DNA of 64,000 nt from Eledone cirrhosa. Taxonomy: Eukaryota. The stretch spans positions 64,170,001-64,234,000 of the forward strand of contig OZ024744.1 of the NCBI GenBank assembly GCA_964016885.1, in the 5' to 3' direction. The notes under the pieces were generated by a model. It worked only from the letters and a program-made list of their open reading frames with translations, was not told the origin of the DNA and did no database searches. Below, one piece after another: positions 49,746-62,486 of this stretch; within the stretch, counting starts at the first letter, position 1; every line of letters starts with the position of its first letter. Made by a program: the position numbers and the translations under genes.

Positions 49746-51130
49746 TGCAGTAACTCAACCACTCTTACAACACATTGGGGGGGGGGTGCATTTACAACCA
49801 ACAGAATAAGAAAACACGGAAAAATTAATTCAAATACAAACATTTTTATTGGTGAAGATTCTCATCCAACATCTGCTAACACAAAGCTCTCAACTAGCGT
49901 TTATGAACAAAAAATAACTAACACGTTATCAATCAAATACATGAAACTAAGAGAATAACAATAATTATAGGTATATAACAAAATACTGGTGTGTATGAAT
50001 ACAACAAGACACTAGGTTGTGTATATAAAGTTTAATTAACAAGTTGCAGTTATGTAGAACAGAATGGTTGACAAGTCAATGAAAGTAGATGAAAGAATGA
50101 AGTAAAGTTATTTGTTACCGTTTTGAAGTTAGCTCGCAAGAGGCCTTGTTAGGGTTGCCAGACGAACGCGCCTGGCCGAAGGGCCAGGCAGGTTAGAAGG
50201 CCAGGAGCCGAAAGGCAAATGAGAGGTAGAGATCGCTCTGAGTATCCCTTTTATAGGGTCTCAAGACGGAAGTGACAAAAAGGGTTCTGCCACCCCAACG
50301 GGAAGTAACTCCAGCTACTTCCTGTCTAGAGAGCGTGATGTGATCGTCACAACAAGGGAGGCAACTCTTGCTACATTACTCGCCGCCAGATTTTTAAAAC
50401 ATAAAAATCGAATGAAACATATATGGAGTAAGATGGCAAGTATGTTACAGGCATGAAAATTACAAAAAAAAAATAGTGTTTGCAATTAAAGGAAAACAGC
50501 AAAATATATGCATGCAAAAATCAATGATAGATATCAAGGTAGCCAACTGCTCTTGGCCAGAGAACGACTGGACATCTATCTATCCGTCACTCAAAGATAC
50601 AATGTAATCAAAGTAAAAGAAGAGGTCAAAGTTCAAAATACAGTTCACATGTGTGCAATCACATGACAGCAGGAAAGAAAGTGTGTTCCAGAGAATGAAT
50701 GCAGGTGGTTTCTGGTCTGTGGTATAACGTGAAATTTCCAACCTCCGAAGGGATTTTCTCACAGGAAAAGTGCTGCAAAAAAATATTCTCTGGCTTGTTC
50801 TGCTGGTTTTGGTTGTTGATGAAGCTGTGTTGCTGTTGATGTTGTTGTCTCGCGGAGTGAGCGTATTCGATGTTTAAATTCACAGTAAAAATGAGTTGCG
50901 CAAAGTGCTAGAAATAACAGCCAAAGTTGATGGTCGATGTTGGGAATGCGTTGACCTGGAAGGGTCAAGAGGCCAGCGACCAAAGAAATAAGCATTCTGA
51001 ATAAATGCGCAGTTTTCAACGGCAAATTTGCGTGGTAAATTTTTAAACCGGCAAATAGGAGAATATAGCTTAAGGCTGGAGAATCCTTGGCGAGAAACAT
51101 TATCCATGGCGTGTGTTATCTCAGTGAGTC
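49746..51130 (-). mobile_element. 3' end of an LTR retrotransposon (Gypsy-like): pol tail, PPT, 3' LTR (50375-49746)
   Basis: SPALSYI..KIYHANL resembles a Gypsy integrase C-terminus. Purine-rich GGCGGCGAGTAA is followed by TGTAGCAA; LTR ends TTACTGCA. TATA (CTATAAAAGG) near 50250; AATAAA near 49848. Confidence 0.7.
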
Positions 51131-51559
51131 GAGATGTGTGTATATATATAAGTGTATGTGTATGTATATATATATATGTGTGTGTGTTTGTATATATATA
51201 TGTGTTTGTGTCATCATCATCGTTTAACGTCTATCTTCCACGCAAGCATGGGATTAGATGTATATATATGTTTGTGTGTATATATGTGTTTGTGTGTATA
51301 TATATGTGTCTGTATATATATATATATATATGTGTATGTATATATATATTTATGCACATATACACATTTGTATGAATTTGTAGATGTATATATATATGCA
51401 TGTACACAATTGTATGGTTTTTTAAAAAAATAATGACATTGTGTGTGAAAGTAATCACTTACGTAACTGTCAAAAATTAGTTTCACTTTTGAGACCGCCC
51501 GTCTTGACGTATGCCGCGAAATATTACACAAACTCACAGCCTTAGATTTTGTATTTCTA

Positions 51560-54500
51560 GCGTTTTTATTTTCCTTCTCTTTGCATGTTCAGTGCTCTTT
51601 CTCTCCCACTGTATTTACCTGCCTCTCACATGACCAGACTCCTCTCCACGCACTCATAATTTTCTTACCCCTTCTTCACTTTCTATCCCTGCTCTTGCTC
51701 CCCCCTTACTTCGTCCTTGCGCACAGCCCACCTATGTATTCGTTCAACCCGTCGGTGGCCCCGATGTTTCGACCGAACTATCACCAGCGATTGCCGATTG
51801 CTAAAGTTGCCACCACTTTAACCTAGTCCACTCTAGGTGGCGGTGACATGCGTCGAACGACCAAGAGACCTGCTTGGTGGAACGACTGACAACCGGTCAG
51901 CCTTCGACCTCTCATTCTCCACCACTTCGGCACGCACGAGAGGAGCTAACTTTCCCCCACCTTCCCCCTCCTCCTCTTCACGGCAGATGCCGAACGAATC
52001 CATCCCGGCCAACCACACCACCCCTACAACTGCTAGCTCACCACCCAACCTCCGCTCTAGTCCCACCGTTAGAACCACTGCTGCCTCCGTTACTGACTCA
52101 CTCCCTCCACCGAATTCCAATGCTGGCACTCTACTGCCGGCTGCTGCCAGCTCACCACCTGCTTGCGCTCTCTGTGTCCGCACTAGCCGGTACTTAAATA
52201 CAATTAAATGTCACCTATGCCACGCAAGCTACCACAGAAGCTGTGTCAGCATCACTAAAGCTCAAGCCGAAAGGCTTCAACACTGGACCTGTAATCGGTG
52301 CCACTTCAGCTCCGACGTATTCCGTGGGAATGCCCCACGCTACGATGACCAACTCTCTACTGAGGACTTTGCCACAGCCCTCCAGGGCTTCTCCAAATTA
52401 AAGCTCGTTAACCGGATCCCTAAGGGAGCTCGGAATAGCTTTGCACGTGCGCTCTCTAATTTATTGAAAAACGTTTGCTCGTCCAACAATAGGTTTGACT
52501 GGCAGAATTTGTTTTTGTTTCCCCTCATCTCTCTTCACGTGCACAATGCGAATTCGGGTTCCCTCACGTCCTCTCTCAAGCGGCAGTTCCAGCTGTTTGA
52601 GACCACCCCAACCACGTCTCATCTCAGTTAGACATCAAGCTCGGTGTCCACCAACAGACAACTGGTAGACCTCAAGCGAGCGGTCAATGCCAAATTCAAC
52701 GAATTTGACATTAAAGGGACTGTCCGTCTCCTCCCTTCTCTGTCCTCCCTTGCTCCGTGCAACTCTGATTCTCTTGAGCGACTGAAAGAGAAGCACCCAT
52801 CGGCACCCCCAGATGATCAGCTACACTGGCCCGAACCACCAGATACTCGAGACCGGTTTACACCACCGATATCATCAGAAAGGCGATTTCATCCTTCCCC
52901 GCTGGGTTAGGCGCGGGAATTGACGGTCTTCGTCCTCAACACCTCAAGGATGGTATCTCCTTATCGGCCGGTGACGCCGGACTCGAGCTCTTCCGTTCAT
53001 CCGCCCACTGTTCTTCGGTGCGAAGCTATTTGGTCTCACCAAGCCCAACTGGAACCTGCGCCCCATTGCGGTTGGCTGCACCCTTCTCCACCTCACTGCA
53101 AAGGCGTGTTTGCTTTGGTCTCCGACTCACTGGCGGAGGAATTTTTCCCCATCCAGTTGGGGGTGAGTACCAAGTTGGGATGTGAGGCTGCTGTCCACGC
53201 TACCAGAGCATTTACCAACTTGCCCTCCTCGTCCCCCAAGGTCATCCTCAAACTTGACCTCATGAACGCCTGTAACTCTGTCAGCCGCGACGTTGTCCTC
53301 GGCTCAGTAAGAGAGAGGGTCCCACAACTCTATCACTTTGCTTGGCAGGCTTATCGGGAGCCCTCCTACCTCTCTTTCGGTGACCAAATCATCACCTCTG
53401 TCTCAGGAGTCCAACAGGCTGACCCACTCGGGCCCACTTTGTTTGCACTGGGCATTGATGACATCAACAAGATGGGAGTTGAGTTGGACCTCAATGTCTG
53501 GTACCTCGACGGCGCCTGTTTGGGGGGAACTCCGGATATGGTTCTCGCCACTGCCAACAAGATGGTTGAGGAGCTTTGCCCGGGGGTCTCCAGGTCAATA
53601 GCTCCAAATGTGAGCTCTGGATCCTCAACCACCCGGCTTCTCAACACCAACAGCTAATCGACCTGTTTGCAGAGTCCTTCCCTTCAATCGCGGTCCCTCC
53701 CCCGTCGGCTTGATGCTCCTTAGGAGCAATCACAGACCTGGCCTTCGAGTCAATCTTCCAATTGAAGATGGCTGGCCTTGAGCAGCTGCTGAGGAATATC
53801 GAAGTTATCAAACCCCATCAAGGTTTCTTCATACTCAGGAACTACCTGTCAATTCCTAAGCTTCTGTGTCTGCTTAGGGTCAGCCCCTCTCACAGATTTC
53901 CGTCCTGCCTCCAACGCTTTGACGACCTAATCTTCGAGAGACTCGAGTGCCTGGTCAATGTTAGACTCTCTCCAGAGTCCCGCGATTAGGCTGCGTTGCC
54001 CAAGCAATTTGGGGGTCTTGGTCTTCGTAAGTGTTCGTCCATCTCTCTCCCCTGCTTCCTTTCCTCCACCCACGCTTGCTCCACCCTGGTGAGCAACATC
54101 CTATCCTCTCCAACATGAACTAGTTCCAATAGGGAGTTGGGTGAAGCAATGGAGTGAGTTGGGTTTGTCTCTTCCTGAGAAGGTGGACAATCGAAGTCAG
54201 AGAACTTAGGACAGCATAAGTTCGAAGGCCACCTTTGACTCCCTCTTCGTCCAGTCAGATCAGTTTGCAAGGTGCCGCTTACTATCTGCCAGCGCTAAAT
54301 ACTCAGGCGACTGGGTTGATGCCCTACCCGTGGCCAACGTTGGTGGCCTACTCAGCCTGGACGAACTTCGTGTCTCCATCGCCCTCAGAGTGGGAGCTGA
54401 CGTCTGCATGGGTTTGAGGTGCCGATGCGGCAAACTCCTCGACTCCACAGGCCTCCGCGGTCTTTCTTGCCGCCTGAATGCCGGCCGCTTCGTGCGTCAC

Positions 54501-55360
54501 ACGGAGCTAAACCTCATTCTGAAGAGAGCTTTGGCCCGAGCGAATATCCTCTCAGTCTTGGAACCATCTGGGTTGTCCAGAAGTGACGGCCTTACCCTGT
54601 GCCCCTGGTCGAGAGGCAGGTGCCTTGTCTGGGACGTCACTGTTAGTGACTCTTTTTGTCCCCCCCCCCCCCCCCCCCCCCATGGATGCTGCGGTTAGGA
54701 CGAGAGTCACAGCTTCCGCAGCCCAGCGGAGTAAGACCCTCAAATACTGTGATTTGTCGGCCAGCTATATTTTTCAGCCTGTGGCTTTCGAGACGTTTGG
54801 GGGAGTCGGGCCACTGACTGCGAGGTTCCTCTCTTCACTGGCGGCTCGCCTAATAGAGGTAACTGGCGAATCTCGCGAGGGCGCTTGGCTGTTTCAGCGC
54901 ATCAGCCTCGCCATCTCCCGAGGCAACGCTGCAAGTGTGCTGGCTTGCCTAAAAAATCATTAGAGAGGTTGCCCAGTACTCCTCGCGACGTTGCTGTCTT
55001 TTGCTCTGGTGTTGGCTTGGTTGTTCACCCTTCCTTCACATTTTCTTTGTCTTAAAGGAACATATCTTTCTGAAAGAATCGCGAGCAATTTATAATGTTA
55101 TCTAAGCACACCCTTCCTTCACATTTTCTTTGTCTTAAAGGAACATATCTTTCTGAAAGAATCGCGAGCAATTTATAATGTTATCTAAGCATTTGTAATG
55201 TTATTTATGTATATATTTAAAACATATTTGTTTTGTTATTCTACTGTAAATTTATTTATATGCTGGTTATATTTTCATTCTGAAAGAATTGCAAACGATT
55301 TGTAATGTTATTTATACAACTATGAATAAAATTAAATGTTTATAGTAAAAAAAAAAAAAA
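51560..55360 (+). mobile_element. Near full-length degenerate CRE-like non-LTR retrotransposon (PHD + RT + Zn finger + RLE)
   Basis: PHD-like CALC..CHLCHASYHRSC..WTCNRC; RT KLDLMNA, GVQQADPLGP, WYLDG; CRCG..SC..RH finger; CLVWDVTV and PVAFETFG; AATAAA at about 55325 and poly(A) 55347-55360. Confidence 0.92.
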
Positions 55361-55860
55361 GACTAACATCAAAACGAGTTTCTTATCATTTGAAGGCTAA
55401 GATCTTCGATACTTACATCCTACCAGTTGTGTTAAATGGACGACAGGTCACTTCAGAAGCTCTCTACATTTCAGTGCATTACTGGTGCTTTATGTTATCG
55501 ACCCCATAAGGATGAAAGCAAAGTTAACCTCGGCGGGATTTGAACTCAGAACGTAAAGAGCCATACTATGCTGCAAAGGATGGTGTCTGAACCAATAATA
55601 ACAACAATAACATGTATTATTCTTACTGAGAGACAGATGTCAGTTCGTTTAACAACTCACACAAAACTTTCCTATAACCCGTTTTCATGATTTAGTATTG
55701 GTACATGTAATAACTTATCTATCGTAACCGTGTCATACGCGGAGGGGGCTGATATTCCACCACAGATGTCGATTTAATTCCCTTCATACACGCTCGTCTC
55801 AACATTTTCATAGAAACCGGCTTTATTCCACACTGGGACCTCTCAGTGAAACTGAAGAAA

Positions 55861-55930
55861 ATGTCGTCACCAAAAGAACCAAGTTTATTGTTACTATCAT
55901 CGATCCAGTTCGCAGCTGGTGGTTGCGCCG
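55861..55930 (+). CDS. SLC25A21: Probable coding exon 1 of mitochondrial 2-oxodicarboxylate carrier (MSSPKEPSLLLLSSIQFAAGGCA-G)
   Basis: Resembles the vertebrate SLC25A21 N-terminus as recalled (MSAKPEVSLVREASRQIVAGGSAG). 70 nt to a G|GTTGGT donor; aaaATG context in a CpG-enriched unique region. Downstream exons not recognised in the window. Confidence 0.7.
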
Positions 55931-56317
55931 GTTGGTCTTTTGTTTTGTTTAGTTTCCCTTTTTTTAAATTGTTTTATTTTTTATTTTTCACTTCAGCCCT
56001 TCTTTTGTTGATACATTATTACCATATTTGTCAAATACACACATATATAGCATAACACGGGCACATAAACGCAAATACACACATGTAAGTATATCACGGA
56101 TACATAAACTCAAAGATATATATAGCATACCACTGGTACATAAACGCAAAGACACGCATGTCCATACACACACACTTGTATGGGAGTGCTTCACAAAAAA
56201 TTTCGAAATAAGAAAACAAAAATATCTCGTACGATTCACCGGAGCCATTGCGTATGTTAGAATTAGGATTCCCGCATCGTCTTTTTGTTTGTGTGCGTAT
56301 ATATATATATATATACA

Positions 56318-56421
56318 CAGGGTGTCCCCCCCAAAATGTATACACACACTTTGATTACCTGTACAGGCAATACTTATTAAAATGCTGTTGAAGTGTGTAT
56401 ACATTTTAGGGACACACACTG
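56318..56421. mobile_element. Tc1/mariner-type MITE
   Basis: CAGGGTGTCCCC..AAAATGTATACAC / GTGTATACATTTTAGGGACAC..CTG in TA repeats. Confidence 0.7.
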
Positions 56422-56939
56422 TGTATATATGTGAGCGTAGCATGCGAAATGAACCCGGTGATTCGGATGAGATATTTTTATCTCGAGATGTATTGTTAAT
56501 GATATTTCGTGTAAGTGCTACTAAAACTTCTCTTATAAATTTACATCTTTTGCGATGCATTATAGGAATAAATACGTAAATCGTTCTAGTATTTGACTGG
56601 TACTTTATTTCCTCTACATGGGGGCACCTTCTGCTAGAAATAGTGACTAATCTATTTCAAATCACACCCCTAGTGTCTTAAACATGAAGTTTCCCATTGG
56701 ACAATGTAGTCCTTATTTGTTATTTTAAGACCTACAAAATATTTTCGGCAGTTTTTTATTCATTTCCAGCGCCCCTCCCCAATCTTTCTGAAATCGAAAA
56801 TGAATAAGATGTGCGACTTAGTCTATAAACAACAATAATAACAGAGAGAGCGGGAGAGAGATTTTTTTCGTCATCCAAGGGTGTAGTGTTTAACCCTATC
56901 TATTTTTCCTCCCTTTTCCTTTTTTTTAATAATAATAAT

Positions 56940-57168
56940 AATTGTTTCTACTTTTGGCACAAGGCCAACACCGCCCTTATAATAATAATAATAATTGTTT
57001 CTACTTTTGGCACAAGGCCAGCAAATATCCAGTACATTATTGATACTTTATTTTATCGACCTCGTAAGGATGAAAAGCAAAGTTAACCTCGGCGGGATTT
57101 GAACTCAGATCGCAAAGGGACATAACTATGCTGGAAAGCATGTCCGACCCTCTACCAATTCTGCCAAT
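56940..57168 (-). mobile_element. SINE family A (with duplicated tail)
   Basis: Same consensus; further copies at 5140-5255, 48899-49037, 55472-55592 and 60984-61191. Confidence 0.85.
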
Positions 57169-57654
57169 AATGAAATTATTGTGTACAGTGCTCAGGTGCA
57201 CGTCCATCCCACCCCAAAACCTAAAAGCTTAAAAACATTGGTATACTAAAAGTTGCCGTCTTTGAATTAATTTTTCCCTTTTTTTTGTGTGTGTGTATCT
57301 TACCAGAAATTGATTTGCATCTCATGCGGTTCCAGAAACGAACAAGCACCCTTAAAGACGATGGGGAAATAATACGAAGGAGGTTTGACTGCGATTTCTA
57401 GCATATCTCTCGATAACATACACTCTCACACGTGGGCTCTTCTTTGCATGTGTAAAAAGTAACAAGTGTTGAATACTAGTAAAATCAACTATATTTTCTC
57501 CTAAAACTTCAGGTCAAGAAATGACACGTTAGTCTAATAGTGTAGGTGGGATATTGTATAGTTTAATCTAACCTATACACTGGAGTGCTTGTAAATAACT
57601 GGCTTTATGTAGACATAAATCATAACTGAAACTGTAGTCCAATCAATCCCTGTG

Positions 57655-58220
57655 TCATAATCATCATTTTACGTCTATTCTTCCACGCTAGCATGGTTGG
57701 ACAGGTTGTCCTGTTGTGGGCACTGTCAAGCCAGGTGACCATGTCTTGATCATACGGAACTGATTTTGGCTCAGTTTCTAAAGCTGAATGCCCTTCCTAA
57801 CACCAACCTCATTTACCATGAGTACTGGATGCTTTTTTACCGTGGCAGCTACACAACCACTTTACAGTTTGAAGTGGCTGATTTTTGTCGTGGCACCTCC
57901 ACGACCAATTTACAGTGTGGACTGGGTGCTTTTTAGTTGTGACACCTCTACGACCACTTTGCAGTGGGATGGGGGTGGGGGCATATTGTCACCTTCAGCT
58001 TGTACCCGTGGGAAGTTGGGTCTTCTGTATTACTGGATAGCGCCAGAGGTCTTGGTCCTGTGTCATCACCTTTGAGAGGTGCAATTGGGCAAGGTCAGCT
58101 TAAATCACTTCGTCAGATAAATCACTTCATCCCAGGACTTCTTGGGTCTCCCCATTCCAAGGATCCATCGACTTTTAGTGCTCTGCACCTTTTTATGCAG
58201 CTGTCATCCTTCATAATTTC
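57655..58220 (-). mobile_element. RTE LINE 3' end
   Basis: MKDDSCIKRCRALKVDGS plus 3'UTR repeats; inverse of 39060-39576. Confidence 0.85.
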
Positions 58221-58288
58221 AATTAGTCTACACATGCACACATAGTGCTGACTGAAATCTATAGGTTTATTCTGTAGTATAACTATAG

Positions 58289-58481
58289 CAGATCTATCTG
58301 TCAACCCTCCCCGTCCAACAGGGAGGTCTCCCACCCACTTTGGGGTGAAAGATGTCTTCTTTTGTGAAAATGGGTATAACTTTCATTATGTAAAACTCCC
58401 CATTTTGCCTCATTTCTCCCTGTTTTGGAGCATTTTTATTCATGGTACTCCATGTTGGGTTTTTAGAGGTTGGCAGTTCTG
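58289..58481. mobile_element. MITE with CAG termini, second copy
   Basis: Homologous to 15790-15982; flanked by CTATAG on both sides. Confidence 0.8.
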
Positions 58482-58944
58482 CTATAGGCATACTGCTAAG
58501 GTGTCAATAATGTATTTAATCAAAATATGTTCAAGGGTCATGAAATGACCAAATGAGGTTTATTTTTCAATATAGTCTCTAGAAAGAAACGATGCAGTTA
58601 TTAATAAGAGTTGAAATTAATGTATGCAAGATTTCACCGCTCTAGCATTTCACTCCTTCATAGTCAGCTTATAAACTTTTCAGCTGACTCTTGTAAAATA
58701 CCCAATCAGTGCATCTGATTTAATGGGATGTTAAGTAATCATCATCATCATCATTTCATTTTATGTCCGCTTTTCCCTGCTTGCAAGGGTGGGACGGGAA
58801 CTGATTCTGGCTTGATTTCTACAGCTGGATGCCCTTCCTAACACCAACCTCATTTACAGTGAGTACTGGGTGCTTTTTTTCCATGGCACCTCCACGACCA
58901 CTTTGGAGTGGAATGATAGGGACCTCAGTCCCTATCATCTCATT

Positions 58945-59085
58945 TCTACAGCTGAGTAAACTGGAGCAATGTGAAATAAAGTGTCTTGCTCAAGGAAACA
59001 ACACATCACCCGGTCTGAGAATTGAACTCACAACCTTTCGATTGCAAGGCCAATGCTCTAACCACTAAGCCATGTGCCTCCATAA
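58945..59085 (-). mobile_element. CORE-like tRNA SINE, family B
   Basis: Minus strand GGAGGCACATGGCTTAGTGGTTAGAGC (A box)..GAGTTCAATTCTC (B box)..CCTTGAGCAAGACACTT. Confidence 0.8.
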
Positions 59086-60159
59086 TGATTTCTTTATTTG
59101 ATTGTCGGTAATTAATAGTAGGGTAAAACAGTTGCTGATGAGATCATAATAGCCTGTGAAATTATAGTCTAGTCAATCTCTCTCTTTTCTGGCTTCAGTG
59201 AGATCTGTATAAATGAATTCACTTATAACTGTCCTGTGTATCTAATTAATTTTAAATAATTTACACACTCACTCATAGTACTGGCTGAAATCTATAGGTT
59301 TAATCTGTAGTATAATCATAGCATTATAATCTCTTCAAAGATGGGGTGAAGGGCAGTGTAGGGTATTGTTCCTCTAATTTTCAATGGTGCACCCTCAGAT
59401 TTAAAAAATAAAGTTTATTAAAAAAAATTGAAAACGGTTCTTGCGAATTAAAAAAAGATAACAGAAAAAAAATGTTAACCAAAGTTAATCAAAACATTCC
59501 CTAAGCAATTAGTGTCTCCCTGAATGTCCTGAAGCTACCCCAAGCACAAAAGCCTGGTAACAGGTCTGAACTTTTACAAAGGGGCCTGCTGTATTTTGAT
59601 TCTGAACCATACAATACAAGACTGTTTATTTGAATTCTTTTATCATCATCATAACTACCACCACCACCACCACCACCACCACTATCATCATGACATGACC
59701 ACCTTACAGGGTAGACTGGGCACTTTTTCATTGTGTCACCAACACGACCACCTTACATGGTGGTCCGAGTGCTATTTTTTCTTGTGTCACCAGTAGGATC
59801 ACTTTACTGGGTGGACTGGGTACTTTGTTCTCATATCACAAGCATGACTACCTTACAGGGTGCTTTTGTTGTGGCAGCAGCATTGTAGGAAGGGGAGCAC
59901 ATTTGGTATGTTTCCAACTTTCCATGCTTGTATGCATGAGTTGAACATGACAGGAGAGGTACCTCAGGAGTGTGGAAGGTAGGGAGGTTGGACATGGATG
60001 AGGTGAGTGGGATATTTAGTTGGTGAGGGCGAGGATATTAAGAGTAGGGAAGATGAATGGGGAAGAGATAGGAAGAAGAGTAGTGCAGACTAGTGTCCTC
60101 TATATGTTTGTTTCATCTATGGACATGGGAAGGGGGATTTTCTGTACTACAGCATGACT

Positions 60160-60820
60160 CCAGAGATCTCAATCCTGTGTCATCTCTTTTGTGAGGTTTA
60201 ATTGGACAAGGTTAGTTTTTATCACTTCATCCCAAGCCTTCTTCTTCCATAGCTTCCGTCAACTTTGAGTGTTCTGCACCTTTTTAAACAGTGTCATCCT
60301 CCATGTGCAATAACTCTTTCTGTGACCTTCATGACCTGTTCCATCATCTTGATATCTCTATAGTTTCTTCAGTCTAGTGCATCTCTTTTGCGCTTGTAGC
60401 AGTTGACAGTGATACTGTTATGCCAGTCATTGGGTATGTCACTATTTTGTATTACTTAATTTACAATTACGGGTGGTTGTGGTTTGACCTATCAAATCAA
60501 GATGCTTTCAGCTTCTCAGCAACTACCCTCAATGGTCCATTTGATTTCCCTGTCTTCATATCCTTAATTGCCTTACTACACTGCTGCTGACTTGTAGAGC
60601 TGGTCCCTCTGTTGGGTTAACATAGAGCAGACTATCTTCCTCCCATACATTCTCCTCATTCAGCAATCTTTCTTAATGGCACTTCCATGCAACTTTTTTT
60701 TCTGCGTTGGTGAAGGCAAGTGCAATATTATCTTTTCAGACACATTTCTCTCTGACAGCATCACAATTTTCCCTGACACCCTGCCTCACTTTGATCCTCA
60801 TATGGCAAAACATGCATAAA
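60160..60820 (-). mobile_element. Rearranged RTE LINE fragments
   Basis: Homologous to 27220-27720 and to the RTE C-terminus. Confidence 0.75.
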
Positions 60821-61504
60821 GGATAAACATTTTTAAATGAGTTGTTTCATATCATAAATTCAGAGTGGTTTTAGGTGGGTTGGTATCAAGAGTTAAAACG
60901 TTTATATTTATCTAAAAAAGTTATTACTATTTTATTTAAGAAATTTTTTATGAAGAAATGTTACAAACATCAGTATATCTTAATAATGGTTTCTGATTTA
61001 GGCACAAGGCTAGCAATTTTTGGGGTGAGGGGAAAGTCAATTAAATCAACTCCAGTGTATTACTGGTACTTTATTTTATTGACCCCATGAAAGGCAAAGT
61101 TAACCAGATTTGAACTCAGAATGTAAAGGGCCATAACTGTATGCCAGGAAGCATGTTGTCCGATGCTTTACCGATACTGCTAATCCACCACAATTATGAA
61201 TAAAGTTAGTTACATTACTAAATCCATTCAAATTTTTTATTTATTTTAAAAATTAATCGAATTTCATAAGCAGCATATTTCATTAGAAATATGGTAACAT
61301 TAAGGTTATAGCAGATTCCCCCACAAGATTGCTCAGCTGTCACTTAAGCTATAGGTATTTAAATAGCTATTGCTGTTACTTGTATGCTGGCCTTCATATA
61401 ATTATCCTCTTTGTCCAGACTTTCCACATTCGCAGTGTTCCAGTTCATTAAGCTCCAAGTTCAAATCCTTGCTTAATCAAGTTAATTCGTTGTCAATTTG
61501 GATT

Positions 61505-61750
61505 TGAAAAAAATATAGGTTACTTGATTAAATCTCCCCAACCCCTAAATATAGGGTTATGGGAATGCTCATGTAGCCTTGACTACTCCTTACCATGCCA
61601 AAAAATTATAGGGTCCTTGATGCTGTTTTTCTATCCCTGACCCCCCTCCCCCACCCCTGTCACCAAAATACATATAGGGTTAACTGTTACTCTTCTATCC
61701 TTGACTAAATAAATCCCCCTCCAACCATCTAAAAAAATATAGGGTCTTTT

Positions 61751-61782
<32 letters not shown>

Positions 61783-61945
61783 AGAGTCAAGTGTGGTGTT
61801 CTTTTAGCTATGACTAAAACCCGTATCCCCACCCCCAATAAAAATATAAAGGTCCTTGGTGCTGCTCTTCTATCCTTAACTACCCCCACCATTTAAAAAA
61901 CTTAGGGTCATTGATGCCTGTCTTCTATCCTTAACTAAATCCCAA
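61505..61945. repeat. Degenerate ~60-bp tandem repeat with C tracts
   Basis: Recurrent ATAGGGT(C/T)..GATGCTG..TTCTATCCTT(G/A)ACT followed by a C-run and an A-run. Confidence 0.65.
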
Positions 61946-62486
61946 CACTTCAAAATTAAATAATTGAGGTTCCTCTTTCTTCTCCCATTCAGCTTGAATA
62001 AATTCTTTTAACCATTCCCAGGTAGCAATTACTTCTATTGGTTAGGTCATAGTTCAGTGGTAGAAGGAATATAAGATCACTTTATGCAGAGAATTTGGCA
62101 ATCAGTGTGATTCGTGAAATTCTGGTACAGGTGTACTTTTATCAGCAAAGTGGAGAACACAGATATAGCTCAACTAGATGTTGTATGGAAGGAAAACATG
62201 TATAAGTTCTATTGAGTTAATAATACTTTTGGTACAGGTGTGTAGATGTACTTTTAGAAAAAAGAAATAAATAGAAATAGGAATGTGGGGGTGTTACTGT
62301 CTGTTGTATATATTCTAATTGTTGTAGATAAGTGGGAGGTGGGAGTAATAGAGTTATAACATACAGGCTGACATCAAATTAATTTCTACATATACACATT
62401 ATAGTTACATGCATTAAGCCAATAAGAGTGCTTCTATGTGGTTGCCTAACTTGCTATAAATATCAGCCAAATATACAAATCACACA

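Noticed and set aside
51028-51537. Several overlapping ORFs rich in Y/I/C/V or H/T/Y
   Set aside because: Translations of (TA)n/(TG)n microsatellite.
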